A DNA stretch of 64,000 bases. Source: Phoronis australis. Taxonomy: Eukaryota; Animalia; Phoronida. Below, in pieces: positions 37,501 to 50,100 of the stretch. Under the pieces are notes generated by a model, which saw nothing but the letters and a program-made list of their open reading frames with translations, ran no database searches and was not told where the DNA came from. The position numbers were made by a program, and so were the translations under genes. Positions within the stretch are counted from its first letter, which is position 1. Every line of letters starts with the position of its first letter. The stretch is taken from contig NMRA01000442.1 in assembly GCA_002633005.1 (NCBI GenBank), forward strand, positions 183,074-247,073, read 5' to 3'.

Positions 37501-39709
37501 TTTGTCGCGGATTTTGATTCACCAGTAAGTGGTATCAGGGTCATGCTAGCTAAACCACACATTGTCATTAACAGTGAAGTCCTTGAACCTTTTTGAATGA
37601 CATTATTTATCATTCTGTTGTCGATATAGTAACTGCATCGTACCATCCAGGTTTGCATATTAGCACAGAGGCAATGACCTCATCGCTCATTGAAAACACA
37701 ATTACAACTGCATTTAACTATTTTTTTGGAAATCTCTTCCTTTTCATTAAATAGAAGTTGAACAGGCAGGAGTCCAGCGCATTTTCATTCACCAGTATCT
37801 GTCACGTGCTCCACCGCCGGCGCCATTAAACAAGCATGAGACTGAGCAAAGCCCGTGACCGGGTGCATATCACTTGGAAAAAGTAGCTCGGAAAGATATC
37901 CGGTGGAATTTGTAAGATTTCTGTCCGTTGCACTTTTTGTTCGAAAACAGGCATGATTCCATTCCACTCCCCAAAATGGCACCCGGGGAAGAAAGCTCAA
38001 GTGAATGGCTACATATTTACATGGTTAAGTTCATCCATGCAAAGTCCTATATTTAGTATACAGCTTTGCACCAAGGCTAAAGTTTTGAGTGCCCTTAAGG
38101 CATTATTCAACAGCAGACTTCTATACTGGTAACTGTGTCTTTGAATACTTATGAAGGCCATATATCATAGTCTCATGAATAGCTGATTCACCAGTATACA
38201 CTATTATGCCATCCTAGGCCCTCACTCAGTGTAGGGTTAAAGGTTTAAATTCCGGGGGGGCGGGGTCCCACTTCCTAATCTAAGGTAACTTATGTAGACC
38301 TGCGACCTACGTAGTCTAGTTTTTGTAACTTACCAAGCGGAATATGCCAATCAATTTGAAAGTTGTTGTAATCAATTTCTATTCCTAGCCGGAAAAACTG
38401 TCACCATAATCTAGTGAGCATACACACAAATATACACAATTAGCTTACTTGCGTTAAATGTTATACGGAAGTTTATTAGCTCCTCCTATGATTTTGCCAA
38501 GTTCAACCTTCTTGATTGTACCGCGGAAAACTTCAAATCAGACTTATGATTAGGTAACGTGATGTGACCAAAAAGATGGCAGATTTAACAAGATAAACTG
38601 CTTGCAATTCTATCTTCATAACCAAGACATCTTAACTTTTCCCATTCCACGCTCATAATAGCAAATGCTCATAGCTTTTCTTGAAGTATCATTGATCTCA
38701 GTTAGCTAAATTCACCAGAGCAATTATTTACCATGAGACTCAAACACATGCCAACATAATTCAAACTTTGCAGATTATTTGGAACAAGTCTTAGAAATCT
38801 TTTTGGCCAGCACAGTCAGTTATTCTGCATGGAGATGTAACAGTTCACCAAACACACCTCGCACTTTGACGATTCGAGGTCAGGGACGGTACAGAAATTG
38901 ACTGTTTGTCGTGTAAAGTCACGATCTAAACTTAGCCGTCCATCCGTAACTCATCAGTAATTTCCAGTCCTTGACCACGAACCGTCAAAGTGCCAGGTAT
39001 GTTTGGGCTTTTTGGGAAATTTTTTGTGCTTTGACTGCAAATTTCCTGCGAACTTGCAGGAGCAGGATATCGTGAATCATATTATAAGAACAACTGCTCA
39101 TGGTTTGTTGTACCCCTGTTTTGTGTAAATTTATTCGAGTAATGTGTTTGATATGGACAGCTGAATCGAAGCACCTGTGGAATTTCTAGTCCCGAGTGTC
39201 ATACCTTGTAGTATTATATGTAGTGAATGTGAATGATCAAAAGCTGAGGACGCCTGTGTAAAATACTAAGTCTGGCTTAGGCTTAGGAACGCGTTAGAAA
39301 AAATTTCTGTGTACGTTTGGAAAGATAACTTTGCAAGGAATCGAATGATACCAAAACTATAAGTGTAAGTCAATGTCGTCATATTGTAAACGACTACCCA
39401 GAACTACACTGGCTGTGTGCAATTTCGGGGTCTACGGAAGAAATACACACAGTGGTACCTAGCTGTTGACGACAGATAGCTGGCTGGCCAGGCGGCTAGG
39501 CCTAATAACTTAATAAGGTTCCTGCTTTCAGGTGCACTGTCGACATGAAAGTTTGTAAGTTTTACAACGATGCACTGAAATTTTACAATATATAGTTTTT
39601 CTCACAGCAACAGCACATCCTAGCACAACTGAATAATGTTGTATTTCACTATGCATGACCCTTACCAATAACATTTCGTGTAGATGCATGCTTCTCGCTT
39701 CACTTCCAT
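20011..39709 (-). CDS. NTAQ1: Protein N-terminal glutamine amidohydrolase (Nt-Gln amidase, WDYHV1). Exons 39709-39666, 34316-34217, 26586-26536, 21927-21779, 21438-21314, 20126-20011; 194 aa
   Basis: Spliced translation MEVKREACIYTKCYC|EENVWKLC..CYVVFISN..|VPIWKQ..PVVW|DYHVIFI..IYDLDTVLSFP..|YFRLIP..FASDRRHM..W..PPPDYPPI|..NIDDFISMDPGVGWG..*. All phases fit (585 nt). Contains the CEEN and WDYHV signature motifs. Confidence 0.95.
20316..20471. mobile_element. ~155-bp MITE (CAGGGC termini); related copy at ~52604-52750
   Basis: Imperfect TIRs cagggc..gcataaaag / ctttatgc..gccctg, and dispersed homology. Confidence 0.6.
22950..24229 (-). mobile_element. Helentron-associated (HINE/DINE-like) element with an internal ~145-bp satellite (higher-order ~430 bp)
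   Basis: Terminal hairpins, (ggac) microsatellite near 24150, A-rich end, repeated ccactag(g/a)nggc(g/a)c units. Confidence 0.65.
24756..25932. mobile_element. Non-autonomous TIR DNA element
   Basis: atag..ttgcgag / ctcgcaa..ctat ends. Subterminal IR actgtgacgtcacgggaagtggggcaaaa versus ttttgcccctttccggtgacgtcacagt. Confidence 0.65.
27781..28035. mobile_element. hAT-like MITE
   Basis: TIR catgcgcgcaccc / gggtgcgcgcata with G-run subterminal motifs. No clear TSD. Confidence 0.55.
29597..29745. mobile_element. hAT-like MITE
   Basis: TIR catgggctgcgca / tgcgccgcccatg with ggggct..agcccc subterminal hairpins. Confidence 0.55.
31455..32099 (+). pseudogene. THAP zinc-finger ORF, probably the N-terminus of a truncated ISL2EU/Harbinger-type transposase
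   Basis: C-x4-C (CVVMGC)...HRMP...W..SINR...VCSIHF..G.P...PVP fits the THAP C2CH signature. No DDE domain follows. Lies in NTAQ1 intron 2. Confidence 0.75.
33284..33950 (-). pseudogene. Degenerate SWIM-finger ORF (second ORF of ISL2EU-like elements)
   Basis: WPNVMYDD and CKCMTGLGKTCSDIDAVLLKIE..SCT..WN resemble the CxCxAGLGExCSHxxAxL motif. Convergent to the THAP ORF. Confidence 0.6.
34712..34897. mobile_element. Palindromic MITE (~186 bp)
   Basis: atagaccttatt..cgccatttt.aaagtgagcctcttttta versus taaaaagaggctcacttt..atggcg..aataaggtgtat. Confidence 0.75.
36238..37495 (+). mobile_element. Helentron-associated (HINE/DINE-like) element
   Basis: 5' cttggcgaaat..atttcgccaag hairpin and T-rich microsatellite; 3' atttcgccaag subterminal IR followed by the hairpin cgctc-ctca-gagcg; T-rich flanks. 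Confidence 0.7.
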
Positions 39710-40128
39710 CTTTGTTTTCTTCAAGCGACATCTATCGTCAGCAGTATCTGTTTCAGTCAAGATTCAAGACAAAGATGGACGTATCCCATTCAGTTCACGG
39801 GTCTTTCTCATCATTATGCCGGTCTGTCACCTTGAAAGTCATCGCATTATTAGCGAAATAACACACTTTCTGGAATCACGTAAAATACAAAGACCCCGAA
39901 TGACTTAAGGTCACAATTTTTTTCGGACGAGCTCATTCCACGTCCATTTATCCTGAGTGGTGGAACAAGCGAAAAGCAACGGAGAACAATGCGCGACTAA
40001 ATCAACGCACATACATCTACAAAATGTCGGAGTAGCTGTTGATATCCTTAATTTATCTCGTTATGCTTAGCACATGGTCAGAGGGCGTGGCTATCACGTG
40101 ACTCACGTTGTAAACTATTTATAGCGGT

Positions 40129-40430
40129 TGTAATAATATATAATGAGGCTATTATATGCCATCCACGGTTTGCAAAATTAACGCGTGCAGATATACCTCT
40201 ATTGTTAGCACTATGCAAGAATCTCCCAGGGATAGCCAATATGACAAAACTTTAGTACGAATATTAGGCAGTATGGCAGAACTTGTTACAAGTATTACAT
40301 AAGAATTTTCAGGGAGAAGCCAATTAACTCAGATGTAGGTATGGATGTGAGTTCATCACGCGGTGCCACCAAAAATAGTATTTAAGGCGCTGGCTCTCGA
40401 GGCAGAGTCAGACCACGATAGACAGACCAC
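40129..40430 (+). mobile_element. Diverged U3/TATA fragment of the same LTR family, just upstream of NTAQ1
   Basis: tataatgaggctatt..gccatccacg and tagtatttaaggcgctggctctcgag match 18304-18327 and 18601-18626. Confidence 0.7.
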
Positions 40431-42613
40431 TATCCTTTGTATATGTGGTGTTAACAGTTTTGTATTCCATGTATTTATGTGCGATCAACAATATCTGTTC
40501 GACGTTTCCTTTCATATTACTCAATAACGGAAATCTGAGTTGAGCGCTTTTCGTTTTTCCAGATAACATAAAATACGCTTCATATCCATGTGTTTGTCGT
40601 AGCCACCACGTCTCTGAACTCAATTTTAGCCAATGTATGGGCTTAAATAAAATGCATGTGCAGTTCAATTTTTTTCTGGTTTTAAGCTGACAAGTAAAGG
40701 TACAGAACAAAAAAGCGTTCGCTTGCCCAAACAAAATCGATTACTGAGCGGAGATAACACACCCGATTAACAAACCCATGCCACCCATATCTCGTCGGGA
40801 CTGGAAAAGGTGCGACTTTCAAAATACAACCTGTGGACCAGCCTCAGCAGAACTAGGAAATGCATGAATGTGACCAACAGAAGCATATTTCATCTATTCA
40901 AGCGCTGTTGCAATCCCGAGCGGCAGTGACAACAGCATACTTTACCAGCAGGGGCAGCGCCAGCGGCAGCGCCAGCGACACATCTACAATACTCGCCACG
41001 GAGAAAATTATGACTTAATTGTTAAAACAATTAATAAAACATTTTGCCTATTGTTTCGACCCGTGACGTGAATTTTTAGGTAAATCTTAAAATAATTAGA
41101 GTTTCTGGTTGTTTTTTCTCTGAGCTTGGCGTCCTGTTCTTTAAGTTAGGACTAATTAAAGGTTTTAGAATGATGCGTTCGAGTGGATAAGATTTTTAGA
41201 CGTCAAACTTTAAAGAAACAGCATCTTATTGATTAATTCGCAAAATCTCTTCAACAAGAAAAGCAAGTTCTTTAAACTTAGAGACACATTTATCGGTATC
41301 GAAGGCGACAATGTGACGAACCAAAGTCAGGCAAATCGTTAAGCAACAGCTACCCAACTGTTTAACCGAGTCTGATTTTTATATTTGTCGTCAATTAATG
41401 TTTGTAAACAATACAGAAGACAGCCTAATGCCAAGGAAGTGTTCAAAAAGGTTAATTCATTCGCGGCCCTCAAACGCGTGGTATGATTTTCGCCAGTTCG
41501 CGATTTACCTGACTACTCGTAAGTTTTGGAGATTTCATCATAGACGATGACTACTGTGGCCGACGCCATGTCATCAAAGAGCCGCAATTGTTTTATTCCT
41601 GGTGATATCAATATGGTTTCATAGCTAAGAATGCGTGCCAACTAGGTGTGATCTCAAGTAGTCAAACAAAATTTGAGTTAAAATAAAATTACCCCATGAA
41701 ATTATTCAATAAATAATAAAATAAACGTCTAATTAAGAAATACAAAACGTGTTGCAAACTGATCACCGAGATGGCTTTGAGATAATCTAACTTAAAATTC
41801 TGGCATCATCTGTCATATTCGTCAGCAAATTTCGACACACATCACTTAGGACAAGGTAGTAACACATAAAATGAATTTCGTTTAGTTTGACCAGCATATT
41901 CCACACAAATTACGGCTCTTCACGGCATTCTCGGGTCGGTAGACCTGCGTGCCGCAGTTTTCAGTTAATGTAAACGTTGAGTCTGCGCGCAAAGTTCCAA
42001 CTAAAATGAAGCGGGAATGATTATCTGTAACGTTAACGCACATAAGCGCCATGACATATAATACCCCCGCCACATGCTGCCCTATTTGGCCATTTAGATC
42101 ACCTTTTGATGCCCAGCGCAATTTCTTCTTCGCTGGTGTATTTATTCTTCCAAATCACGCTGCAAAAGTTGTCTTGAAGTTAGTAAATTCCCTTACGTTG
42201 CCTTAGCATCTGAACTAACCCGCCGTGATAATGTCGGTGGGCCTAACCTCAAGCCTATACCGACTTATGCAAGTTAAAAGCGGCAAGGTTACTGCACTTT
42301 TGTCATCATACTGTAGACCCCACGCAGAGAGTTTTTGGGGCATCTTGGAGCCGACTTATTACTGCACAGCGGGAGTTTGTCTGATTTGTGACCGGCCTCG
42401 TGCTGTTTCTCACGTGCAGGGTCATAGACCTTGTGCGAGATTATGTAACAGGTCATTTATTGTTTTTCTGCCTTTTGTGCTTGCGAGATTATGCAACATA
42501 TCATTGTTGTTCTGCCTTTTGTGTTAAGTTTGGAGACCTGCAAGTGATCCGCTATTTAGACTATCCTTGAATGACAAAAAGTAAAAGGACTTTACTGAGT
42601 TGACCAATATGGA

Positions 42614-42681
42614 TCAAGTAAACAGACCACTCCAAGTTATGTTATTTTAATAACATAACTTGGAGTGGTCTGTTTACTTGA
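42614..42681. repeat. Perfect inverted repeat, 33-bp arms, 2-nt loop
   Basis: tcaagtaaacagaccactccaagttatgttatt-tt-aataacataacttggagtggtctgtttacttga. Confidence 0.95.
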
Positions 42682-45600
42682 AAAAACTGGAAACGTTGCG
42701 CACATATCTGATCTACGAACGAGGCCCAATGAATCCGTACCAGATTAGAAAAAAAATTGACTTAAATTCTAAATACATTTGAAGTAGCAAATTAAATTAA
42801 AATGTCCATTGTATTAAATGTTATGCAGGTTTCATATCCTTCTTTTGTAAAGTATCCGTCCTGTATGGTAGTAAATCGAATTTTTTCAAACTTACTTGTG
42901 CCAAAGGTGGTTAATGCTATCACTTCTTTCGAAAGAAAATTTTAACATTTGCGTGACATTTAATTAACTATGGGTCTTTTACCAGTGAATACTTTAGAAC
43001 ATCACACGAGAAGTCTGCGAAAATTATGATGGATTCGGTTTGAGTTTATCATGAACATGCACTTGTTTTTCAATTATTCAATAAATGTAAATATCAAAAT
43101 AAGTTGTAAATACCCTTTCACGTTTTCACTTGTGCGATGATCAGCACTGCAAAATAGTTTTATAGCGTGTGCAGGCATAGCGACTGAAAATGTCGGATAA
43201 AACACGTATTCTTGTTTTGCGTTTCTTACGACAACGCCGCCGATACTAGTAAAAATCCAGATAGTCTGAGGTAATTTGAGGTGCACCAGACATGGTTTCT
43301 GAAAATATCCCTAAGTGGAAAAAAATTAGGTCTTGGTTGGCAGTTGTCTTACTCAAACATGACTACGAGGTACTAACTTCAAGAAGACGTAATCAAAACT
43401 CGGACCCAAACCAAAGACACGTTTCATTAAAGGTAGTTAACCGTCCGTCGTGTACACGGTACTGCAACTGCTTTTTTTAGAAAAGTGAAAACGTTGCAAG
43501 CTGGTTGACATTAATGTCATGTAATGTTTAAATTAAAATCGAAATTTCTACCATCTTAGCCAAGACCTTTTGATACGAGGGCACTAATTTCGACCAGTTC
43601 ATTAACCGCAGAATTCGGGCCATTTCCAATTTATAGTGACGTAGTCACCGGGCAAGCTTCTCCATGTTTCAATGGACTGGGTAGCCCCATACAACAATTT
43701 TCTGTTTACTAAATCCATTGAATGTTCCTTATGCAAAGGTAAACAAAGTTCTGTAATTGTAAGGAATTTTTGAACTTTGGTGCTAGTTCTGTGGGATCAA
43801 GTTTTGATTTTGTTGCAGAAGGAAAAACAATAACAAAAATACTACATTGGAATGCAACTCTCAGAATTAAAATGTTGATGTCACATCCATGAATGACTAA
43901 TGTAAACAATTCTGATGCAAAAACAATTTTATGAAGAGACTATAGAATCCTTAGACTGTTCAACGGACCACTGCCAATGAAGCTAAGTCAAAGAAACAAA
44001 CTCAAAACTCCATTGTTTAATACATATTGTATTGCACTAATCTCGAACCAATTACTTGTTCCTGTCACTAAACAATGGAACACGTTTACAACCTGATGAA
44101 CGATTACTGTGTTTTTTTAAACATTAGACATACTACAGGACATGCAAATCAACATCAGTATTTTTACGACAAAGTCCCCCGCAGCAAATCTCCCCCAACC
44201 AGCCTATTCTTAATGTTGTCTCTGATCTAAGGAGAAATACAGGGCTTACAATAACAGTAGCTCCTAATCACAATAGCAGAGATGATTAGGGTAATGTTTC
44301 AGTGACAGTGAATAAAAGATTCACAAAAGTGAACAGACTAAAACAAAAAAATAAACAAGAAATAAATATTAAATAGGTTCAAGTGGAAAAAATGCACTAA
44401 CACGCATCAGATTCTTTAAAAGGGTACTAAACCGAGTTTGAGGGTTAGATCACTTAAATTTCGGACATAAAATAACACTCTGTAACCCCCCAATCATCAA
44501 AAGTTTAAAATAAGTTTTTATAACTCATTAACACAAACTGGGCAAGCATGATCAATGGTTTGGAAGATTTAATCAAACATTTGCGAGGGAAGTCCGAAAG
44601 GCTACAATGCTTTGGCAAAATACCCGATTTGTGTCACACCAAGGTGTTTCAGATGAAATTTGACAGTTTAGAATCCTTTTAATAAGTAAGGCATACTGCT
44701 CTTTTACCTAAGTGTCTGGGTAGTATTTTACTGGCAGTGGAAAAGATATAATTTTAATATAAATGAATTGAATTTTACCCCTACTATAAGGGTTACAAAA
44801 AATTTCTTGAGAAAATGTGCAACTCCTATGGCAAAAATCAAAACACACATAACAGAACCATTGTACAAAGAGACCCCGATTTTCCGTCATAACAGAAAAC
44901 GGATGGAATTTGACATTTTAATGGATATAGAGGTTTCAAACCGAATTTACAGTAGCAGAAATCATAATTCTAATATTTTTTGTTTACTCTTTATTACCAA
45001 AAATGGACCTGTAGGGGAACTGATAATTCAACATTAACAACAAGGAAATTTCCAGGTCATTTTTATGTTAACTATCAATCTATCACTTTTGAGTAGTAAT
45101 TTTACAGAATTTGTTAATTTACAAAACTTTACGGTTGCTAAAACAAATTTTCATGAATTTGAAAACGGAAAACCAGGGTCTCTAATGAAGAAGTCCAGAG
45201 ATTCATTCTTAAACAGCTTTTAAGCTGACACTTCCAAACTCTACTTATGAAAGTGAACAATATACAGAGCTTGTCACTGATGTAAAATCAGTAAAACATA
45301 AAGCCATAAATAAAAACACAATAAAACATATTTACACGTTGATGCGAAACGTGATACAAAGAAATGTTAGAATGGCAGGAGTATCATGAACAGCCCATTT
45401 ACAATGTCATGTGAAGTGCCAAAAATAGTATAACCCCATCAATGTATTGAGTGGTAGACTATAAACTTTGAGTTAGAACGGCTGAAGTATCAGGCACATC
45501 CCATCTACAGTGTCAAGGGAACGACAAAATACAATAAAATCTCAGCAATATTGGACACACTTTTGGAAAAAGGTGAAGTTTTGATCTTCCCATTTTTTCA

Positions 45601-45879
45601 CATTTATGCACACACAAGGGCTGGCAGCATTCGTGCCTCCAACGCAGCGAGTGAGTAACAGACGGCCAATAGCGAGGTAACAGTGGCAAACTCCAGTAAA
45701 TGTACAACAATCAAATGAATTTATTTGGGTACATTGGGAGACTAGTATTCAGCACTGAAAATTTGTACTGGAATAAAGATATTAGATACAACAAAGTAAG
45801 GCATGGTACCACCGAAGCTCTTACTGTTTGTCACTTAAAGATAAGATACTTGCAGTTTTGAGAACTATAATTTGTAAAA

Positions 45880-46604
45880 ACCATCCAGGTTATCAAAAAT
45901 AGGGCTGCCGGGATTATTCTGGGAGCTGGTGTAAGAGATATTAACATTGAAAACCTTCATATGGAGACGCAAATAATCAAAATACACACAAGACATAAGT
46001 TCCTATCTGCATGTTGTAGGTACAAATGTTTTAAAGGTCTTGTCCCAACATACTTAAGTGCTAAGTTTAAGATGACTACTAATGGCTACAATACTACATG
46101 TAGGTCCTCATCATCATCAAATTTCAATCTTCCTAAACGCAGAAATGAAACTGGGAAAAATCATTTTCCTACAGGGGGCCCCATTTACGGAACTCTCTCC
46201 CTGCAGATGCCACATCTACGTCATCCTTTACAACCTTTAAAAAAATTATAAGAAATAGAATTAACTTCATGTAGTGTGTAAGAATGCATATGTATACATG
46301 CGTGTATATTTATATGATGTCTCACTTTTATTACATATTTATTGTCTGGTTTTAATTATTTATATTTATATTTTAGTTAATTATCCTGTCTTAATTTCTT
46401 TATCTTCTATTTATCATATTTTATTTTTTATTTTGTTTCATCAGTCTTTCCCTGTTAATTTCTTATTCTTTGCTTATTATTTAAATATTGTCTTTCATTT
46501 TGTAATTCCGTTTTTGTCTTACTATCTGTTTGTTTTTACTGAGGGCCCCCATGGAACTCAGTGTGAACTGTAAATATTACATCAATAAATAAATAAAAAA
46601 TAAA
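45880..46604 (+). mobile_element. 3' end of an L2/Crack/CR1-group LINE
   Basis: Degenerate IQVIKNRAAGIILG..YKCFKGLVPTYL..YNT..F.LPK..TGK..F.YRG...NSL, an AT-rich 3' UTR and an (aaat)n tail. Confidence 0.75.
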
Positions 46605-47189
46605 TGAGAATTCAGAAAGACGCATTTTCAAGGAGACCTCAATCATACAAACTGGACATGGACCTTAAGCTAAACATGAATATTTAAAACTGAAAATTTG
46701 GAATATTTCCCGGATGGGCGTGAAGCTGAATGTGGGTGTCGAATTTCTGAACTCAAACTTGATTCATGCTCAGACTTGAAAGTTAACCAATCATGGCGCA
46801 TGTTTTGAGTAAAAAATTGTTAGCTTACTCAAAGACTGCCAAGCAACTGATCAATTTTTGAGTCAAGTTTTGAGTACAGCGATTAGACCCCGGGCCCTGG
46901 AGTACGTTACTTTGCTAATGAAGAAGGAAAAGAGAGATTTCTTCAGTAAAAAAATAGTCTCCAGCAGGACATCCAAAGCCATGCTTACCCAGGCTGGAAT
47001 TTGTTAGTGATGGCTTAGTTCCACAGTTGAGATTGACACAGTATGGCCCATGATCCCTTGGGAATTTAACTACATTTCCCAAATAAATAATTTATTGCAC
47101 AACCAAAATCTAACTTCAGACAAACACATAAAAGCCTGGCGGTTCCCAACTACACCAGGAAAGAGGGTTTATTGTCTACACTGGCTGAC

Positions 47190-50100
47190 TTAGACCGTAT
47201 AAAACTGCGTGGCAGCTGACGACTGCATTTCGATCTGGCCTAGCTTGAACTGCAGTTTCTTGATCCAGGTGAGCAGGATGTTGGCGTCCACAGCTGTCTC
47301 GTCCTTGCCGCACTTGGGCGGTTCCCAGTTCTGGCAGGTCTGTAAGCGGACCTGCATATGTCCAGGCAGCTGACCATGGTACGAGAATAGGATGGGGGTC
47401 CACAGGGCAAACAACTGGAAAAGAAGAGAGAAGCAATTCCTGGTCACAGCAGTTCAAGCAGCCGGCAATTGGCACAACATTGAAAAAGCCCTGCTTGATT
47501 ACAGTACATCACAAGGGTGAAATTGCTCATGCATGTCAAATTATTATAGATTTTACGATTCACTACTGCATTTTTCCAGATTTCGCAGTTTATCACTGAC
47601 TTTCTTTCGTTCCCTGTGCCCAAGGTGCCAAAAATTCTCTGGCCGAATGTCACAATTCTCTGGCCCATCGTCACAATTCCCTCCCTCACTTGCTATTAAT
47701 TCTCTACCACCTCCTTGGTCATTCCAATCCAACCAATTTTCCAATTTCCGTTCATTTTCAAAAATTCAGACTTATTTCGTGACTAACAGACAGCAAAAAT
47801 GACGTTTCACAGGTCACGAACAATCCCTTCACCTCCGGCAACACTGAGGCCAAGAAACCCCAGGGTCTGATTTATAACAGGACATATGACTGGTTGTAAC
47901 TGAAGCAGTCCTAGGAACATTATTTGTAAGAGCAACAAGTTGCAACTGACATAAAATTACCAATTTTTTTCATAAACAGACCTAATGACCACTTTCACAA
48001 ACCTTCTTGTGTGTGACTTAAAATCAAAGTAACGCAGTTCCATTCATATAACAGTTGTCCACAGACAAATACGTACGGTGGTAAAATCCCATCAATTGTG
48101 GACAAAAATAATTGCCAAAGTTGCTCTTTTTTCATTTTTCAAAGCCTTCTGACATTGTTGCGACTGCCCACAATTTCTAAAAATAACTGTCCGATGGTAG
48201 CCATATAAAGATTTTCCAAAATTATACAGCATTTATTTCGTAATGCTCAGAAAAAGTAAAAACAAAATTTCTGGTGTCAGCCATATGGTGTCCTAAATTG
48301 TTTTTACCATAGCTGCACCGTCACAGTAGACTCCACCAAAGCGTGCCATAGACTCTGGATTCCAAAACGTGCAGTCAACCTCATGCTGTGAACATTCCCA
48401 CTATACAAGATGATGTCACAACCCCACTGATCAGGGAAAACTGTGGGGTTTGGCCGATTGAACTAGACCGTATTTATCCACCTTGGCTGCGTTGTGCTCA
48501 GCTCACGATCAAAAGGATCCCGCCTAGCTGCTCTATTCATCGAGTCACGAGCGAGGATAATTGTCTTGGCTCATGCGGACACGATCAGCTGATTACAATC
48601 TAGCCTAGATGACTGTACTTTTTATGAAGAGCGTTTTACGTAGTTTTGAGTGTAATATTTGAAAAGAGGAGAGAAAAAAAATGTTGGTACAACTTTGAAT
48701 TTTTCAAATCGGTCCAGAATAAGAGATTTAGCAACACAGCAACTCTCGCGATTACTTTCATTCGGCGCGCACGAATACAAAAATATAGGACCCGTTATGT
48801 AGATTTTGGAACACATGCATTGCAATATTCAAAATACGTTTAGTATAGCTCTTACAAGATGTAAAACGACGTTGTTCAATATCGTTGTGGTCATTCATTG
48901 TCACCGTCAAATCGGAAATTTCCGAGATGTGATCTGCGGCGTGCATGTATGTATACAAAACACGGGATCGTTATGTTCCTGAAGTACTAACATTAAGAAA
49001 CTTTAACATGCCATTATTATTGACAGGGACATGATAAAACGAATTTGGATTTTGACGATAGTCTTGATACAGTGAGCTGGCTGATTATAGGTACCACTGT
49101 GTCAGTGTCTCCGTTAGACACAGAAATTTCACACAGCCTGGATAGTTCACCTTGTCCCCAACATGTAGATCGAGTCTTGAACTATTAATGTTTTACTCCA
49201 CGGTAGAGCTAATGACCGTCTGCCTGTGCACACAAAATCTGTGAGTTAACCGGCACTCACCTTGCACGTTGTAGCCGTTTAAGTGAAAAACAATCTAATA
49301 AATGCCATTTTCTTGCATAATCCTCCGCCTTTTGTAACAAAAGTCTGTCGTCGATGACCCGCACATGCTCTCACTCTCATACGCAGACGAACTTCAAAAC
49401 AAACATCACGTGATAACCACGTGAGTTCATCCAGAGATTTTTCTTGTGTTGTGGTGTACGATGTAGCGCAGATTTGGACTTAAATCGCAATTAATCTGGA
49501 CTCCACATGAACTTAAAAAAATTGTAAAACATAAGGAGGATTTCAGGTAATTTGTTGAGTCGAAACTGTATTTTTATTCAAGAATTCAAGTTTTCCTATC
49601 GACGATCGCGATTCAGCCACGTATCAGTCGACAAGTTTTCGCCCTTGGATTTCAGCACAATTTTTTGAAAAATGATCGTAATTTAACAACGGAGTTTGAT
49701 AGCAATGCACCACAATTTTGTAGAAAGACTGTCATAGGCTACAAAAACGTCACAGAGCGTAAATTTGATAACTCCTAGCTTCCGATTTTACCTGTTTCAG
49801 AAACAGGGTTTCAACCGCCTTAGGCTACAATAAGCGTCCCCTCCCCGTGAAATGAATTTTTGTAAGTGCCCGGTATACAGCTTTCCACCAAGGCTAGGTG
49901 ATGCTGCGACATATTCTTTGTTGCTTGTACGGATTGTTGCCAATTTTTCTTGTTTCCATAGCATAATGATGACGGAAATGAAAATGTTGCATATTTGAAT
50001 TTTAATGTTTGCATAATCCAGAAAATCAGAGGTCTTTTAAAACACTTTCAGAGAAAGACTAGCAGAAGATGCCCACTCTTTCAAAATTGCCATTAAGGTA

